The position numbers were made by a program, and so were the translations under genes. The notes beneath the pieces were generated by a model that ran no database searches, was not told the DNA's origin, and was given only the letters and a program-made list of their open reading frames with translations. A DNA stretch of 64,000 nucleotides. Source: Rhodospirillales bacterium (lineage in GTDB: Bacteria > Pseudomonadota > Alphaproteobacteria > Rhodospirillales > UBA2165). Below are positions 27,355 to 38,528 of the stretch, piece after piece. The DNA lies in the NCBI GenBank assembly GCA_028345065.1, contig JAOMCN010000002.1, forward strand, positions 13,044 to 77,043, given 5' to 3'. Each line of letters opens with the position of its first letter. Position 1 is the stretch's first letter.

Positions 27355-30300
27355 TTGACTGAACTAATTCAATTTTGGCCAAGTATCGACAACATTTCCG
27401 ATTGCATTGTTGATCGCCAGGAAGCCGTCACGAGCAACGCGATCCTCCTGGCCATCCACAGACCTATGGCACTTCAATGGCAGGAAGAAAATACCGATAG
27501 CCTAATAAATAAAATAGAGACGGACGTCCTTTTGGAATTAACGAAGCCAAATCCAGATGCAGGCGGCCAATGTGTCACGATCACAGGTGCCTCCGGGTCA
27601 GGTAAAACGCATTTGGTCCGTTGGTTGGAAGCGCAAATTGTCAGAGATCCGAAGTTGAGAGAGAGATATAAGTGCATAAGGGTTCCAAAATCGGCGAGCC
27701 TTAGAAGCGTCGTCGAACATATAATTCAGCCTCTAGAGGGAGATCCCGCCTACGATAACATCCGCAGTACGCTGGAAAACGTAATACCAGACCTGGACGA
27801 GAGGGCAGCGGCAAACGATTTAACTAGCAAACTCCGAACCCGGTTAGAAAATAAGGAAATAGAGATAGAAAAAAACGAGGGAGATAGTGGTCAACTCAGC
27901 AAAGAGGATAGATTAAATAAATTTCACTGCCAACGCCTCAGGGCGTACATCAATGAATTGACTATAGAAGAGCACATCCGTGATTCCGTTCTCATGCGCA
28001 TTGTGCGCCAGGCTACCTCAAGACACAACGAATTGGGTGCAGATGACCAAAGCGACTTCGAGCAGTTTGAGCCCGAAGATTTTAATCTCCCCGATCATAT
28101 AGACGTTCAGGCTGCTAGTAACAGCGTTATATCATACTATGATAACTTGAGAGACCCTTCCGCCCGTCAAAGAGCCTGCGATATACTAAATTCTGTTTTA
28201 AGCGACGCCGTTGGAGATGTCTTTAATATACAACAACTCGCAGACGGCAGAACGTGGGGAGAATTATTTGGGGAAATAAGAAGAATATTTAAGCAAAAGG
28301 AACAGGAATTAGTGTTTCTTGTTGAGGACTTCTTCGCCCTTACGGGAATGCAAAAACCCCTTGTGTCAGTACTCATCGGAGAGAGTGAAAGTGAAGAGTG
28401 GTGTAACATCCGCTCCGCCATCGGCGTCACAGATGGTTACAGAGCTGAAAACATCAATAGTTATATTTCTCGAGGTGGGGGACAATTTCTAGTCAGCAAC
28501 TTATACGAGACCCAGGAAGAGGCCCTTACATTTGCGGTTAACATGGTAGGTGGCTACCTAAATGCCGGTCGTTGGGGAAAAGATAACCTGGAAAGGGAAT
28601 TAAATAATTATCAGGAGGGGGACGGGGGCTGGAAAAACTTCTATAATGACGGGGACCTCTCAGAACAGGACAAAACCATAATCGAGAAATTTGGCCTCTC
28701 AGATGATGGTTACCCTCTGTTTCCTCTGAATAAAGATGCCATCAAAACGCTGGCGAAGCATCACTTGCTCCCTGGTGATCGCAAAACCTTTGAACCCAGA
28801 ATACTTATAAAATTTATTTTACAGAAGACGTTAAGACTGAGAGAGAAATTCGAGAACAAGGCATTCCCGCCATTGAATTTGTCAGAAGGTATAAACAGGC
28901 AAGCGGCCATAGATCAGTATATCATGGGCCAGAATTGTCCAGACGGGGACAAAGAAAGATTAAAATCGTTTGTTTCACTTTGGTGCGGTAATCCCCAACA
29001 ACGTGATCAACTCCGCGCAGATGAAATCATTTTAAAGACCTTTAACCTCCCGAAGATGAGCGGCGTTTTGGAACCCGTTACCGAGGATCCACCAACAGTT
29101 GACCCTCCAACTGGTGACGACCCACCGCCACCTAAACTAAACTTACCTACCCAAGTGTGGGAGGGTAAATTAGAAAATTGGGTTAACGGACAGAGTGTTT
29201 CTGCAAAGGATGCCAACGAACTTCGAATATCCATTCGAGATTTTATAATCAATCGAATTAGATGGGATGTCATCAGGGTAAAAATACCGTCGCAGGACAA
29301 CTTTGATCAAAGCCTCATTGGTATCCCTATAGCGCAAGGTGGGGGTCGACCACCATTTAGAATTTTCATCGAAGGGGATGCCAATACAACAGAAATAAAC
29401 GATATCGATGGATCCTTACGGCAGGAAATGACAGCAATTGGACACTATATCGAAATGGGGGGTTGGGAATATGAAGGGGGAGAACTGGAAAGAGCCCAAG
29501 CTTATAATCTGATCGATCGCATGGTCCCGGAATTTGAAGCTTATTTCATTGAGAAGGCGACAAAGGAGCTCTCACCATTATTGGTTGCGGCTGGGGCAAT
29601 GGCAACTTTACGGGGAACCCCGATAGAAGGCAAAAATGATTGGAATGCCCTATTTTTGGGAAACACTACAGAAGCTCCAAAAGGATATACATTTGACACC
29701 CCTAGCTATCAGGAAGTGTATGATTTGCAACGAAATTCGTTTATTCATGCGAAGGGTTTAGAAAGTTTAATTTTTGACCGGTGTGGTTGCTACCAGGGAG
29801 CAGGCAATACCGCCTACGCTGTTGACGTTGCACGACTTAAGAATGTCCCCGAAGATATCCCTTTGAATACTATAAAACATTTGTTTCCAGAGAACTTTGC
29901 CTTTTTTCAAAGCATCCGAGAAAACCAACTTTCAAGCAAAGCAAGAAATTTTGTGAAACAAATTGGTCAGGACCTAAGGGCGTGCGGGGATGTATTTAAA
30001 ACGCTGGAGACGGGTGATCCAGTAATCATTGCAAGCCTTTTAACAAACGCCCAGGGAAATAACATGTTGAAGGGGAATAGAGCATTTTTACAAACCGCAT
30101 TTGACACGCTGAACAATAGTCAAATTAAAAAAAGCACGTTGGAAAAAATTGAAAAAACCATTTCCAAAGATCAACCAGAAATTCTCAAGATGGGCCAAAT
30201 ACTTGCCCAAATTGATCTGACGGAATTTGTAAAAGTTCAGAAGAATTGTCTGATCGTCAGCGAATTCCTGGAATCTCTATCAAAAAATATGGAGCAACAC

Positions 30301-30402
30301 GCGGGAACTGCTGCGGGTGCCGAACTGACTAAAAGGCAAGAGGACATCAAGAAAGACTTAGAAGAGATCAAAAGTACAGTTGAAAATATGGTTAATGTCT
30401 GA
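27355..30402 (+). CDS. dpdH: DpdH, P-loop ATPase
   Basis: FWPS, LLAIHRPM, GASGSGKTHLVRWL, LVFLVEDF, AIGVTDGY, GYLNAGRWG, LFPLN; Pro-rich linker. Confidence 0.75.
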   Translation: MTELIQFWPSIDNISDCIVDRQEAVTSNAILLAIHRPMALQWQEENTDSLINKIETDVLLELTKPNPDAGGQCVTITGASGSGKTHLVRWLEAQIVRDPKLRERYKCIRVPKSASLRSVVEHIIQPLEGDPAYDNIRSTLENVIPDLDERAAANDLTSKLRTRLENKEIEIEKNEGDSGQLSKEDRLNKFHCQRLRAYINELTIEEHIRDSVLMRIVRQATSRHNELGADDQSDFEQFEPEDFNLPDHIDVQAASNSVISYYDNLRDPSARQRACDILNSVLSDAVGDVFNIQQLADGRTWGELFGEIRRIFKQKEQELVFLVEDFFALTGMQKPLVSVLIGESESEEWCNIRSAIGVTDGYRAENINSYISRGGGQFLVSNLYETQEEALTFAVNMVGGYLNAGRWGKDNLERELNNYQEGDGGWKNFYNDGDLSEQDKTIIEKFGLSDDGYPLFPLNKDAIKTLAKHHLLPGDRKTFEPRILIKFILQKTLRLREKFENKAFPPLNLSEGINRQAAIDQYIMGQNCPDGDKERLKSFVSLWCGNPQQRDQLRADEIILKTFNLPKMSGVLEPVTEDPPTVDPPTGDDPPPPKLNLPTQVWEGKLENWVNGQSVSAKDANELRISIRDFIINRIRWDVIRVKIPSQDNFDQSLIGIPIAQGGGRPPFRIFIEGDANTTEINDIDGSLRQEMTAIGHYIEMGGWEYEGGELERAQAYNLIDRMVPEFEAYFIEKATKELSPLLVAAGAMATLRGTPIEGKNDWNALFLGNTTEAPKGYTFDTPSYQEVYDLQRNSFIHAKGLESLIFDRCGCYQGAGNTAYAVDVARLKNVPEDIPLNTIKHLFPENFAFFQSIRENQLSSKARNFVKQIGQDLRACGDVFKTLETGDPVIIASLLTNAQGNNMLKGNRAFLQTAFDTLNNSQIKKSTLEKIEKTISKDQPEILKMGQILAQIDLTEFVKVQKNCLIVSEFLESLSKNMEQHAGTAAGAELTKRQEDIKKDLEEIKSTVENMVNV

Positions 30403-30407
30403 AGATC

Positions 30408-31148
30408 ATGACTACATTTAACTTAAAAGACATTAACAAAAAGCTCTCCGATATCAAAGGTGCGGAGGGGAATATTGCGGAGGAAAAAGCGCTGGGGGAG
30501 CGCCTTTCTGAACTCCAGGGCAGCAGAAATCATTTATCAGAGGTACAAGAAAAAATTAATACGCTTAAGCAAGCGGCAAGCGAAGGCGAAGATGAAATCT
30601 CCATTGCTATAAATCTTGATGTTAACCAGTTTCAATCTATCCAAAACCAGTTGCAGGACAGGTTAGACAAATTTGATCAAGATCCAACAAACGAAAATTT
30701 TATGGGCGGAAACAAATGGAATAGATTAGTAAGTCTTATTAGAGATAGCTGCAACACCGCAATCTCGGCGTTTGAGAAAAACTGGGAAACGATCGTTAGA
30801 GAAAAACTGGGATCGTCCCCGGAAGAACTCGAGCGCGTCATGGGAAAAGAAGGCCCAAACGTTGGGACGATGGCAAAATACAAACAAACCTATTATGAAG
30901 GGTTTGCCGCCGTAGAAAAGTTTACTGAAGAAAACCAAATTAACATCAAGTTACTCCTTCAAATCGCGGAAAAACTGATACAAATTCGAAAAATATTTGT
31001 AAATATTCCTGACGACTTAAAAGAATTTTTCGAAGATGCAGCGAGAAGTGGTTTTCCCCTCGAAAAATACACGGCCGAGATAGAGGAGTGGCTAAAGGAA
31101 AACAAAGTCATTGATCGTTACGTTATCGGGTCACGTCGTGATCATTAA
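30408..31148 (+). CDS. dpdI: DpdI-like coiled-coil protein
   Basis: Helical 246-aa ORF ending FF..A...GFPLE.Y..EIEEWL; synteny between dpdH and dpdJ. Confidence 0.6.
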   Translation: MTTFNLKDINKKLSDIKGAEGNIAEEKALGERLSELQGSRNHLSEVQEKINTLKQAASEGEDEISIAINLDVNQFQSIQNQLQDRLDKFDQDPTNENFMGGNKWNRLVSLIRDSCNTAISAFEKNWETIVREKLGSSPEELERVMGKEGPNVGTMAKYKQTYYEGFAAVEKFTEENQINIKLLLQIAEKLIQIRKIFVNIPDDLKEFFEDAARSGFPLEKYTAEIEEWLKENKVIDRYVIGSRRDH

Positions 31149-34100
31149 CAACACAGATGATATTCTAAGATTAATTCTTGATGAGATTGAACGCCGGGAA
31201 AATTCTCTCCTGGTCTGGGGTGTTGTTGACGGTTCTTCCAGCGAAACAGAAATTTTAGCTGTTATTTCAGATATCATAGACGACAACTGGAAAAGAGTTG
31301 AAGAAATTGATGATAGGTTCACGGATACGGGATTTGTCCTCAAAAAACTCACAGAAAAGTGCCTCATCTTTGAGATCCCGTTTACCGATGATCAAAGACA
31401 ATTTAGATCGAGAATGGCGGAGACCGTTCGCCTTCTTTTTCACCTTAGGCAATTGTTTCCCCTGCATGATCGAGTTGGCGGCTATAATGCTGCAAATACG
31501 CTGGTAGCCGATTACCGATTTAAGCGGGTAAGCCGGTCTTACCCAAAACGAGACCAGACGTTATCAGACTTTTTTGAGGTATTATGTGCAGAGAACCCTA
31601 ATATTCGGGCGGCTCTTGAAGCCCAATCTGAGAGACGTCCTGGCATTGAACGTTTTATGCTAGCGAATTTTCAGGTTGAGGCAACTAAGGCTATTTTAGA
31701 CAGCATCGCAACCAAGAACGACCAGGGAATTCTCATATCTGCAGGAACGGGAAGTGGAAAAACCCTCGCATTCTACCTGCCTGCCCTCTCGCGCATAAGC
31801 GATCTTATTCAACAAGAAGACAACACTGACAGATGGGTAAAGGCGGTGGCTATTTACCCCAGAAACGAACTGCTAAAGGACCAATTTAGAGAAGTCTTCA
31901 CTGAAGCGCGATTACTCGATGACCTTTTAAAGGCGAAGAACAAAAGAAAAATTCAAATTGGAGCCCTATTCGGTCCAACACCAAATTCATCGGGCGGTCC
32001 TAAATATAAGGACGATTGGATAGATGATGGAGCGGGTTACATCTGTCCATATATTAACTGCATTCAATGTGGCGGATTAATGGTTTGGCGGCATGAGGAT
32101 CTGCGTCGAAACAGGGAAGTTCTATGCTGCCAAGGAGATGAGTGTGATTTTGAAATTAACGAAGACGAAATAATTTTGACACGGAAGAGGATCGCCAAAT
32201 CCCCGCCGGATATCCTTTTTACGTCCACTGAAATGATGAACCGCCATCTGAGTAACAAGATTTTAAGAAGTGCCTTCGGAGCTTTCCCCCACGCCCAAAG
32301 GGCACCAGAAATGATGCTCCTCGACGAAGTTCACACTTACCAAAGCTTTACGGGTGCTCAGATCGCCTTTCTGTTACGACGTTGGAGAAATGCACTTCCG
32401 AATGGTTCAGACGTCACCTTCATTGGGCTTTCGGCAACCCTGAAAGATGGGGAGGTTTTCTTTGCAGAATTGTGCGGGCTTAGTGCCGACAACGTAACTG
32501 AAATCAAGCCCCGCCCTTCGGAAATGGAAAAGGAAGGCGCCGAATATACCATTGCCCTCCGCGGAGATCCCGTATCAAGGGCAGCTCTCCTCTCAACGAC
32601 CATTCAGACTGGAATGCTGTTATCTCGAACTTTAGATGAAAGAAACTCGCGAGTGAGCGACGGCATATTTGGGACGAAACTTTTCGCCTTTACGGATAAA
32701 CTGGACGTCATCAACCGCCTAGAACCAGATATGCTGGATGCAGAGGGGCGAGATAGAGATGGAACCCCCCTTCGAAAACCTCCTTTAGCATTTTTACGGC
32801 AACCTCAGAACGATAAAACTCGCTACACAAATGGCCAGGATTGGCTGATGTGCAGGCAGATTGGCCATTTCCTGGATAACAAAAAGAATATTTCCAAAAC
32901 GACCTCCCAAGATCCGGGTGTTAATCTTGAAGCAGAGGTCATCATAGCGACGTCGACACTTGAAGTGGGTTTTAATGAAACGAACGTTGGCGCCGTAATC
33001 CAGCACAAAGCCCCAAGAGGCATGGCGTCGTACGTACAGAGAAAGGGTCGTGCCGGAAGAACCCGAAAAATGAGACCTTGGACGGCAATTGTCCTATCGG
33101 ACTATGGTCGCGATCGCCTGATTTATATGGCGTATGAACAACTTTTCGATCCGGAATTACCTGCAAATTCTCTTCCCATTGGTAACCGATATATCTCAAG
33201 GATCCAGGCGGTCTACTGTCTGATCGAGTATTTGTCGAAAGAGGTAGGAAACATTTGGTCCGGTCGCCCTATACGGAAATGGCTATCTCAACCCTACGAA
33301 CCGGATAATCGAGAAGAAACACTTAAAAAAGAACGGTTATTTCATAAGAAACTTCGGGAAATTCTGACAAATATACTTGAAGACACTGTTGTTTTTGATG
33401 ACTTTTCTTCTTACCTCGGTAAATCTCTTCAACTCCAAAACGATGAAATTCAGGCAATTCTGTGGGATCACCCGCGTCCCCTCATAACTGCCGTCATCCC
33501 CACCGCCTTGAGACGCCTTGCAACCAACTGGAAAAATGAGAACGGAGATGAAGACCATTATTTACGTGATGCCCCCCTTCCGGAATTCGCAACGCAGACT
33601 TTGTTTAATGACTTAAACCTTCCCGAAGTTATTTTAAAGATGCCTGAACAGCAACTGGGAGACGACGAAACCATGGCACTTTCCCAAGCGATGAGGGAAT
33701 TTGCCCCTGGGAGAATATCAAAACGATTTGCTGCAACCGGAAGAGCTAACTTAAAACATTGGGTGTGTCCTGAGGATTTAACGGAGAATGAATGCCTCCT
33801 AGAGTTCACAAATCCATATGAATTATCCGAACTGGGAAGGTGGTCGTTAGTTGAAAGATCTGATGTCGTTTCTCTGCCAGTCTTCCGGCTATTATCCATT
33901 CAACTTAAACAGGCAGATCCGGATTACGGTGATACCTCTAATGCCCGACTAAACTGGCATACTCAAATCATTGCCAGAGAGAGAGGAACCCCACTGGCAC
34001 CACCCGTCGGTGTGCCTCTTGAACAACTAATCGAAGACATCCAAATTTTCACTCATGAAGATCAAAATCCTGTTGAAATTCGTCGATTTTCAGATCATTC

Positions 34101-35718
34101 CAACGCGGATATAAGGCGGCCTAAAGAGGAGGATTTTAGAACACGGATAAATTTCGTTCGGGATGGCGTTCCTGCCGCATTGGGAATGTCGATGACGGTA
34201 GATGCCCTCCGTATTAAGATCCCATCTTCATTTAATTTTTTAGACAATCTCAACCTCACCGAAGCGGCAATTCGAGGGTTGAGGACCGCACGATACTTAT
34301 CTGAGGCAAAGACAGGAGAAACTTTATCAGCGGTAGCAAACCCGTTCCTCAAGGAATGGCTGGCTAACATTTATATGACGACTGTCATCCACCAAGCCAT
34401 TTTAACTTCAACAAACCTAGAAGTTGCCGCTGAAGAAGTCTTTAACGATGCATCTGAGTTATTGGTTACACAGGTGCTAAATACTGTTTTTCAATCTTAT
34501 CATGAAGTCGACCCAGATGCAGACGATGAAGCCGAACCGGAAAGAGACACATTACATGTTGAATTAAATCATCTTCTAACAACACCTGATATACGGCAAG
34601 ACTTACACAATCTAATTTCGCTCCTATGGACCGATATTGATGAGAGTTGGAATACGTGGCTCCGGGACAAGGTAAAGGTAACACTTGCAGGTGCCGTCTA
34701 CTATACTATCCAAACCCTCTGCCCCCAAATTGACATAGAAAATCTAACCACGGACATCTTCCCCGGACCAAGAGAAGTGGGGGATGTATTTGTCGAAGAA
34801 GATATCAATTATGAGATTTGGGTCAGTGAAACGTCACCAGGCGGTAATGGACTTATTCAAACCTTCAACCAGTCATTTAATGAGGAACCGGGCCTCTTTT
34901 TCAAATTACTTCATTCTACCTTAGAGGCTAATGAGTTTGAGGTTATTGACAGGCAAATGACACGATATTTGAATGAAAGCGAACCAACCGCTAGTTCATC
35001 ACTCTACGACAGTGTTGAAGAATATCGTTCAGCTGACAGCCTCGACCAACAAGAAGCTTCATTTACAGAAATTCGTCGTTCTCTAGTTGAAAATGGTTAC
35101 TCCATTTTTCACAGTTTTTTGTCTTCATTTTCAGCTCGGATCATGAGACCCGGATCAAGTGATGATAGTGATCATTTTTTTAGATTGGGAATTACCGAAT
35201 GGATCGAAGAGGAAGAACGTTTAGGTACGGAGATAGATGCCCGAATTTTCTCATACTACTGGAGCCAAACGGACGCAGCCGAGAATTTTATGGCCTCATT
35301 CGACACCCAGAATACAGGCACACATGATAGGAATTGGCTCTACAATGTAATTTATGGAGTGTTCTGGCCTCGGGGCAGATTGGTGAGAGAGAGTAGCCTT
35401 AAACTGTATAACGAATTTGTTGAGTTACCAGATCCTGAACGACTGCTCTTTGCCAATCTAAGTCGCGTAAATCCCAAGACTGTTCAATGCTCCAGTCAAG
35501 ACTGGTTAGAGGAAACAAAGCTTGTCTTGCAGGAAGAGGGAACCGTTATCGTCGAAAGCTCCGTGAAGGAACAAAAAGACCTGTCTAAAGCAATTAACCA
35601 GTTAGCTGTCGAACCAATAGAGGTGAGCTATCTGAAATCCTTCGCAAGGATTATAGAACTGGACCGATCTGAAGAAGTTATACGTGCTAGGTTTGAATTG
35701 CCGGAGATATTTTGGTGA
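31138..35718 (+). CDS. dpdJ: DpdJ, large DEAD/DEAH (Lhr-like) helicase
   Basis: LLVWG, RSRMAETVRL, AGTGSGKTLAFYLP, IYPRNELLKDQ, Cys cluster, LLDEVH, GLSATL, TSTLEVG, QRKGRAGR. Start uncertain (31111-31138). Confidence 0.82.
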   Translation: MIINNTDDILRLILDEIERRENSLLVWGVVDGSSSETEILAVISDIIDDNWKRVEEIDDRFTDTGFVLKKLTEKCLIFEIPFTDDQRQFRSRMAETVRLLFHLRQLFPLHDRVGGYNAANTLVADYRFKRVSRSYPKRDQTLSDFFEVLCAENPNIRAALEAQSERRPGIERFMLANFQVEATKAILDSIATKNDQGILISAGTGSGKTLAFYLPALSRISDLIQQEDNTDRWVKAVAIYPRNELLKDQFREVFTEARLLDDLLKAKNKRKIQIGALFGPTPNSSGGPKYKDDWIDDGAGYICPYINCIQCGGLMVWRHEDLRRNREVLCCQGDECDFEINEDEIILTRKRIAKSPPDILFTSTEMMNRHLSNKILRSAFGAFPHAQRAPEMMLLDEVHTYQSFTGAQIAFLLRRWRNALPNGSDVTFIGLSATLKDGEVFFAELCGLSADNVTEIKPRPSEMEKEGAEYTIALRGDPVSRAALLSTTIQTGMLLSRTLDERNSRVSDGIFGTKLFAFTDKLDVINRLEPDMLDAEGRDRDGTPLRKPPLAFLRQPQNDKTRYTNGQDWLMCRQIGHFLDNKKNISKTTSQDPGVNLEAEVIIATSTLEVGFNETNVGAVIQHKAPRGMASYVQRKGRAGRTRKMRPWTAIVLSDYGRDRLIYMAYEQLFDPELPANSLPIGNRYISRIQAVYCLIEYLSKEVGNIWSGRPIRKWLSQPYEPDNREETLKKERLFHKKLREILTNILEDTVVFDDFSSYLGKSLQLQNDEIQAILWDHPRPLITAVIPTALRRLATNWKNENGDEDHYLRDAPLPEFATQTLFNDLNLPEVILKMPEQQLGDDETMALSQAMREFAPGRISKRFAATGRANLKHWVCPEDLTENECLLEFTNPYELSELGRWSLVERSDVVSLPVFRLLSIQLKQADPDYGDTSNARLNWHTQIIARERGTPLAPPVGVPLEQLIEDIQIFTHEDQNPVEIRRFSDHSNADIRRPKEEDFRTRINFVRDGVPAALGMSMTVDALRIKIPSSFNFLDNLNLTEAAIRGLRTARYLSEAKTGETLSAVANPFLKEWLANIYMTTVIHQAILTSTNLEVAAEEVFNDASELLVTQVLNTVFQSYHEVDPDADDEAEPERDTLHVELNHLLTTPDIRQDLHNLISLLWTDIDESWNTWLRDKVKVTLAGAVYYTIQTLCPQIDIENLTTDIFPGPREVGDVFVEEDINYEIWVSETSPGGNGLIQTFNQSFNEEPGLFFKLLHSTLEANEFEVIDRQMTRYLNESEPTASSSLYDSVEEYRSADSLDQQEASFTEIRRSLVENGYSIFHSFLSSFSARIMRPGSSDDSDHFFRLGITEWIEEEERLGTEIDARIFSYYWSQTDAAENFMASFDTQNTGTHDRNWLYNVIYGVFWPRGRLVRESSLKLYNEFVELPDPERLLFANLSRVNPKTVQCSSQDWLEETKLVLQEEGTVIVESSVKEQKDLSKAINQLAVEPIEVSYLKSFARIIELDRSEEVIRARFELPEIFW

Positions 35719-36275
35719 CAGAACTTAGACGCATATTCCAAACCAAAACAACGAGCCAAGGAGAAATCCGGGATCTCCTGCAGATGATATTTGCCAATGA
35801 ACTGCTAACACCGAGTGAGGAGTTGTGGTTGGTAAGTCCCTGGATCAGCGATATCCCAATTCTGGATAACCGTATGGGGGGGTTTGATGCAATTAACCCC
35901 GAGTGGAAAGGAAGGGAAATTCGGTTAACGGAAGTTCTTCTCCAATTGATGTCCGTTGGTAGTAAAGCATTTATCGTTACCATTAGCCCAACTGACGTGG
36001 ACACAAATCGTTATTTTGTTAATAGGCTATCTTCTCTTTCTGAGGAAACCGGTCTAACCAACAAGAAAATAATTATTGAGGTGCCAAAACCTGAAGATTT
36101 TACTGGTCTTCATTATAAGGGAATACTGACAGCCAGAGGTTTTCTCGAAGGTTCAATGAATATCAGTCATAACGGATTAAAGCTGAACGACGAACAGGTT
36201 ACTTATGACATTAATAGGGAAAGAATTACAGACGCTCGGGTTCACTTTGAGGAAACCCACGGGGAAGGTTCCTAA
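35712..36275 (+). CDS. dpdK: DpdK, phospholipase-D-family nuclease
   Basis: LWLVSPWISDIPILDNR; HYKGIL...GSMNIS..G...NDE (single HxK motif). Confidence 0.82.
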   Translation: MVTELRRIFQTKTTSQGEIRDLLQMIFANELLTPSEELWLVSPWISDIPILDNRMGGFDAINPEWKGREIRLTEVLLQLMSVGSKAFIVTISPTDVDTNRYFVNRLSSLSEETGLTNKKIIIEVPKPEDFTGLHYKGILTARGFLEGSMNISHNGLKLNDEQVTYDINRERITDARVHFEETHGEGS

Positions 36276-36278
36276 TTA

Positions 36279-38525
36279 ATGAACAACCCAAATAAAATTG
36301 AAGAAGGTCTGGTAGAGTTTTTATCATCTCCCAATGAAATTTCTCTTCACGATCTCGAACAGAGAGAATTTCTTTACCCGTGGTGTGAGGAGGTTGCGGA
36401 GTGGTGGGAATTAGGAAAAACAACAAACTGGAACGCACCGATTATCCTCCCCCTCAAACTTTCTGAGGAAAACACAATCTGGTTTGCCAGTGCCCTCGAT
36501 TCAAGAATAGCCAATCAGTTAGGCATCGAGTTACTGGCGCACGTCGGTCCCTCCTTCTCTGATTTTAATGGAAATATTTGGGAAAAAGATAGCCAAACAT
36601 CATCCGATAAGAATTTTTTTCATAGTCTCGAGCACAATGTCTACCGATTTACAACGTCTTCACCGGACAGTGACGAAAAGATAGCGAAATACCTGCGACT
36701 TTTTAGGGGTTCCGTTCAGAAAAGACCACCAAGTCAAAAGATCGTCTCTACGTCCAGCCAATTGATGCGGTCGGAATTTGATAAGGCATTGATGCTAGGT
36801 GATGGGGTCCAAGCACTTTTCTTAAAGAATGAACTTTTGAAGACGGGTCGCTTAAGTGCGGAAAATCAAATCTATTTAGAAGTTCGCTATCTGGCTGGGT
36901 TAAGCAAGTCGCCGGATTTAATAACGAACGAAAAGTTACTAAATAAATTAACAGACCGTAAGCTGCCAAAGCAAATCCTTCTCGATCTAATGACTTCCTA
37001 TCACGCTGTTTTTGTTGAGGAAATCGAAGACGGAGAAAAGCCTGAAAAAAAAATTGAAGAATTCAGAACATCAACACGATCTTTTGGCACATTTTTTAGA
37101 ACACGCAGGGGTCTAAAAGATTCCAAGCTGTTAAAAACATTTCTCCTGTATGAAGTTTGCCATAGAGAAATCAAGGATGATGATTTCGAAAAACTTGCCA
37201 GTGAAGTTACTGATGGCGATAAGTTTATCCAAGCTTTAAGGGACTTTCTCTCCCCGCCATCCGTCACTCCCGTGGTTGTAGATAGCGATCCAGACATAGT
37301 TCCGGATCAACTGGAGAGAGCGAATGCCGCCTTTCTAGCAATGGATTGGGATTTAGCTTTTTCTTTGTTCCTGCAATTGGAACCAACCAAGGATACTGTC
37401 AATAAAGCCCTTACATGTGCGGAACTGCTTAAAAACACAGAAGCGAACGCAGAAGTTTGTCGTTTTATTGAAAGTTCCAATATAAATTTGAAAACGGAAC
37501 TGGCACCCAATCCAAAAGAATTTTACCTAAAAATCTCCTCGAAAATTAATAACCCAGTTAAGGGAGTTGCGGGTTGGTTAGAATGGCTTGAATTAATTTC
37601 GATTGAAAAAGACATGGAGGAAGTTGAAAAATTACTGGAACATGAGAGCGGAACTTGGTCCATCAAACCACTCTGCTCTGATGATAGCGCCAACGCATTA
37701 ATCGATGCTCACGAGGTTCGCAGAGACCTCATTGAAAAAGCAATAATAACAATTGTAACGCAATTGCAAGAGGAGGAAGAGAACCAAAGTACAATTGCAA
37801 AACCTTTAATAGACACCATGCTAATCATAAATTTGACAAAAGACGCTCACTCCGCCTCCGACCTGGAAATTATTAATCAATTAACTCAATTATTTTTAAC
37901 GACAGGTCTTAGCGCCGAAGAATACCTAGAATTAATCAAAGAGTTGAACCAGCTATTCGATGATAATTCCTCCTACAATAACCTTTCATGGGCCCTAGAT
38001 TTACTCGATATTTTGGCAACTCATCCATGTCCCAGTGATGAGGCTCGTCTGCGTTTGTTCAGTTCTGTCATTGAATTTTCAAGTCGACAAATTCATCGCT
38101 TAAATTTTGCACACTATAAAACCCTGCAATTTCTGAGTTCAGACTATAGCACACCATTACCTAAAGCATTCGATCAAGTGGCAAATCAAACTGGCGATGA
38201 AGAGGTACGTAACTATGACAATATTAAGATTGGCATTTACACTCTAATAGAACAAGCAGGGCAAAGGGCGGCCGATTTACTCAAGGAATTGTACCCAAAT
38301 ATTTCTGTTAATACGAACAACGATCACGCCTGCACAGATAGGCTCCGAGCAATCGCAAGAAATTCAGATATTTTTGTTTTTTGCGCGAGGGTTAGTACCC
38401 ATCAGGCTTACTACTGCGTAAAAGATCACAGACCAACTGAAAATTTGTTCCTTCAACCGCCTGGCAGAGGCAGAACAAGTATAATCAATATCGTTGCAGA
38501 TAATATTGCAAAGGTTTTAAATTAA
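36279..38525 (+). CDS. dpdD: DpdD
   Basis: LSAEN..YLEV; C-terminal IGIYTL.E.A..RA...NNDHACTDRL..IAR..DIFVF....STHQA; last canonical dpd gene. Confidence 0.72.
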   Translation: MNNPNKIEEGLVEFLSSPNEISLHDLEQREFLYPWCEEVAEWWELGKTTNWNAPIILPLKLSEENTIWFASALDSRIANQLGIELLAHVGPSFSDFNGNIWEKDSQTSSDKNFFHSLEHNVYRFTTSSPDSDEKIAKYLRLFRGSVQKRPPSQKIVSTSSQLMRSEFDKALMLGDGVQALFLKNELLKTGRLSAENQIYLEVRYLAGLSKSPDLITNEKLLNKLTDRKLPKQILLDLMTSYHAVFVEEIEDGEKPEKKIEEFRTSTRSFGTFFRTRRGLKDSKLLKTFLLYEVCHREIKDDDFEKLASEVTDGDKFIQALRDFLSPPSVTPVVVDSDPDIVPDQLERANAAFLAMDWDLAFSLFLQLEPTKDTVNKALTCAELLKNTEANAEVCRFIESSNINLKTELAPNPKEFYLKISSKINNPVKGVAGWLEWLELISIEKDMEEVEKLLEHESGTWSIKPLCSDDSANALIDAHEVRRDLIEKAIITIVTQLQEEEENQSTIAKPLIDTMLIINLTKDAHSASDLEIINQLTQLFLTTGLSAEEYLELIKELNQLFDDNSSYNNLSWALDLLDILATHPCPSDEARLRLFSSVIEFSSRQIHRLNFAHYKTLQFLSSDYSTPLPKAFDQVANQTGDEEVRNYDNIKIGIYTLIEQAGQRAADLLKELYPNISVNTNNDHACTDRLRAIARNSDIFVFCARVSTHQAYYCVKDHRPTENLFLQPPGRGRTSIINIVADNIAKVLN

Positions 38526-38528
38526 TAC

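Noticed and set aside
31138-36275. Helicase + PLD pair as DISARM
   Set aside because: There is no methyltransferase, and the gene order and motifs fit dpdJ-dpdK.
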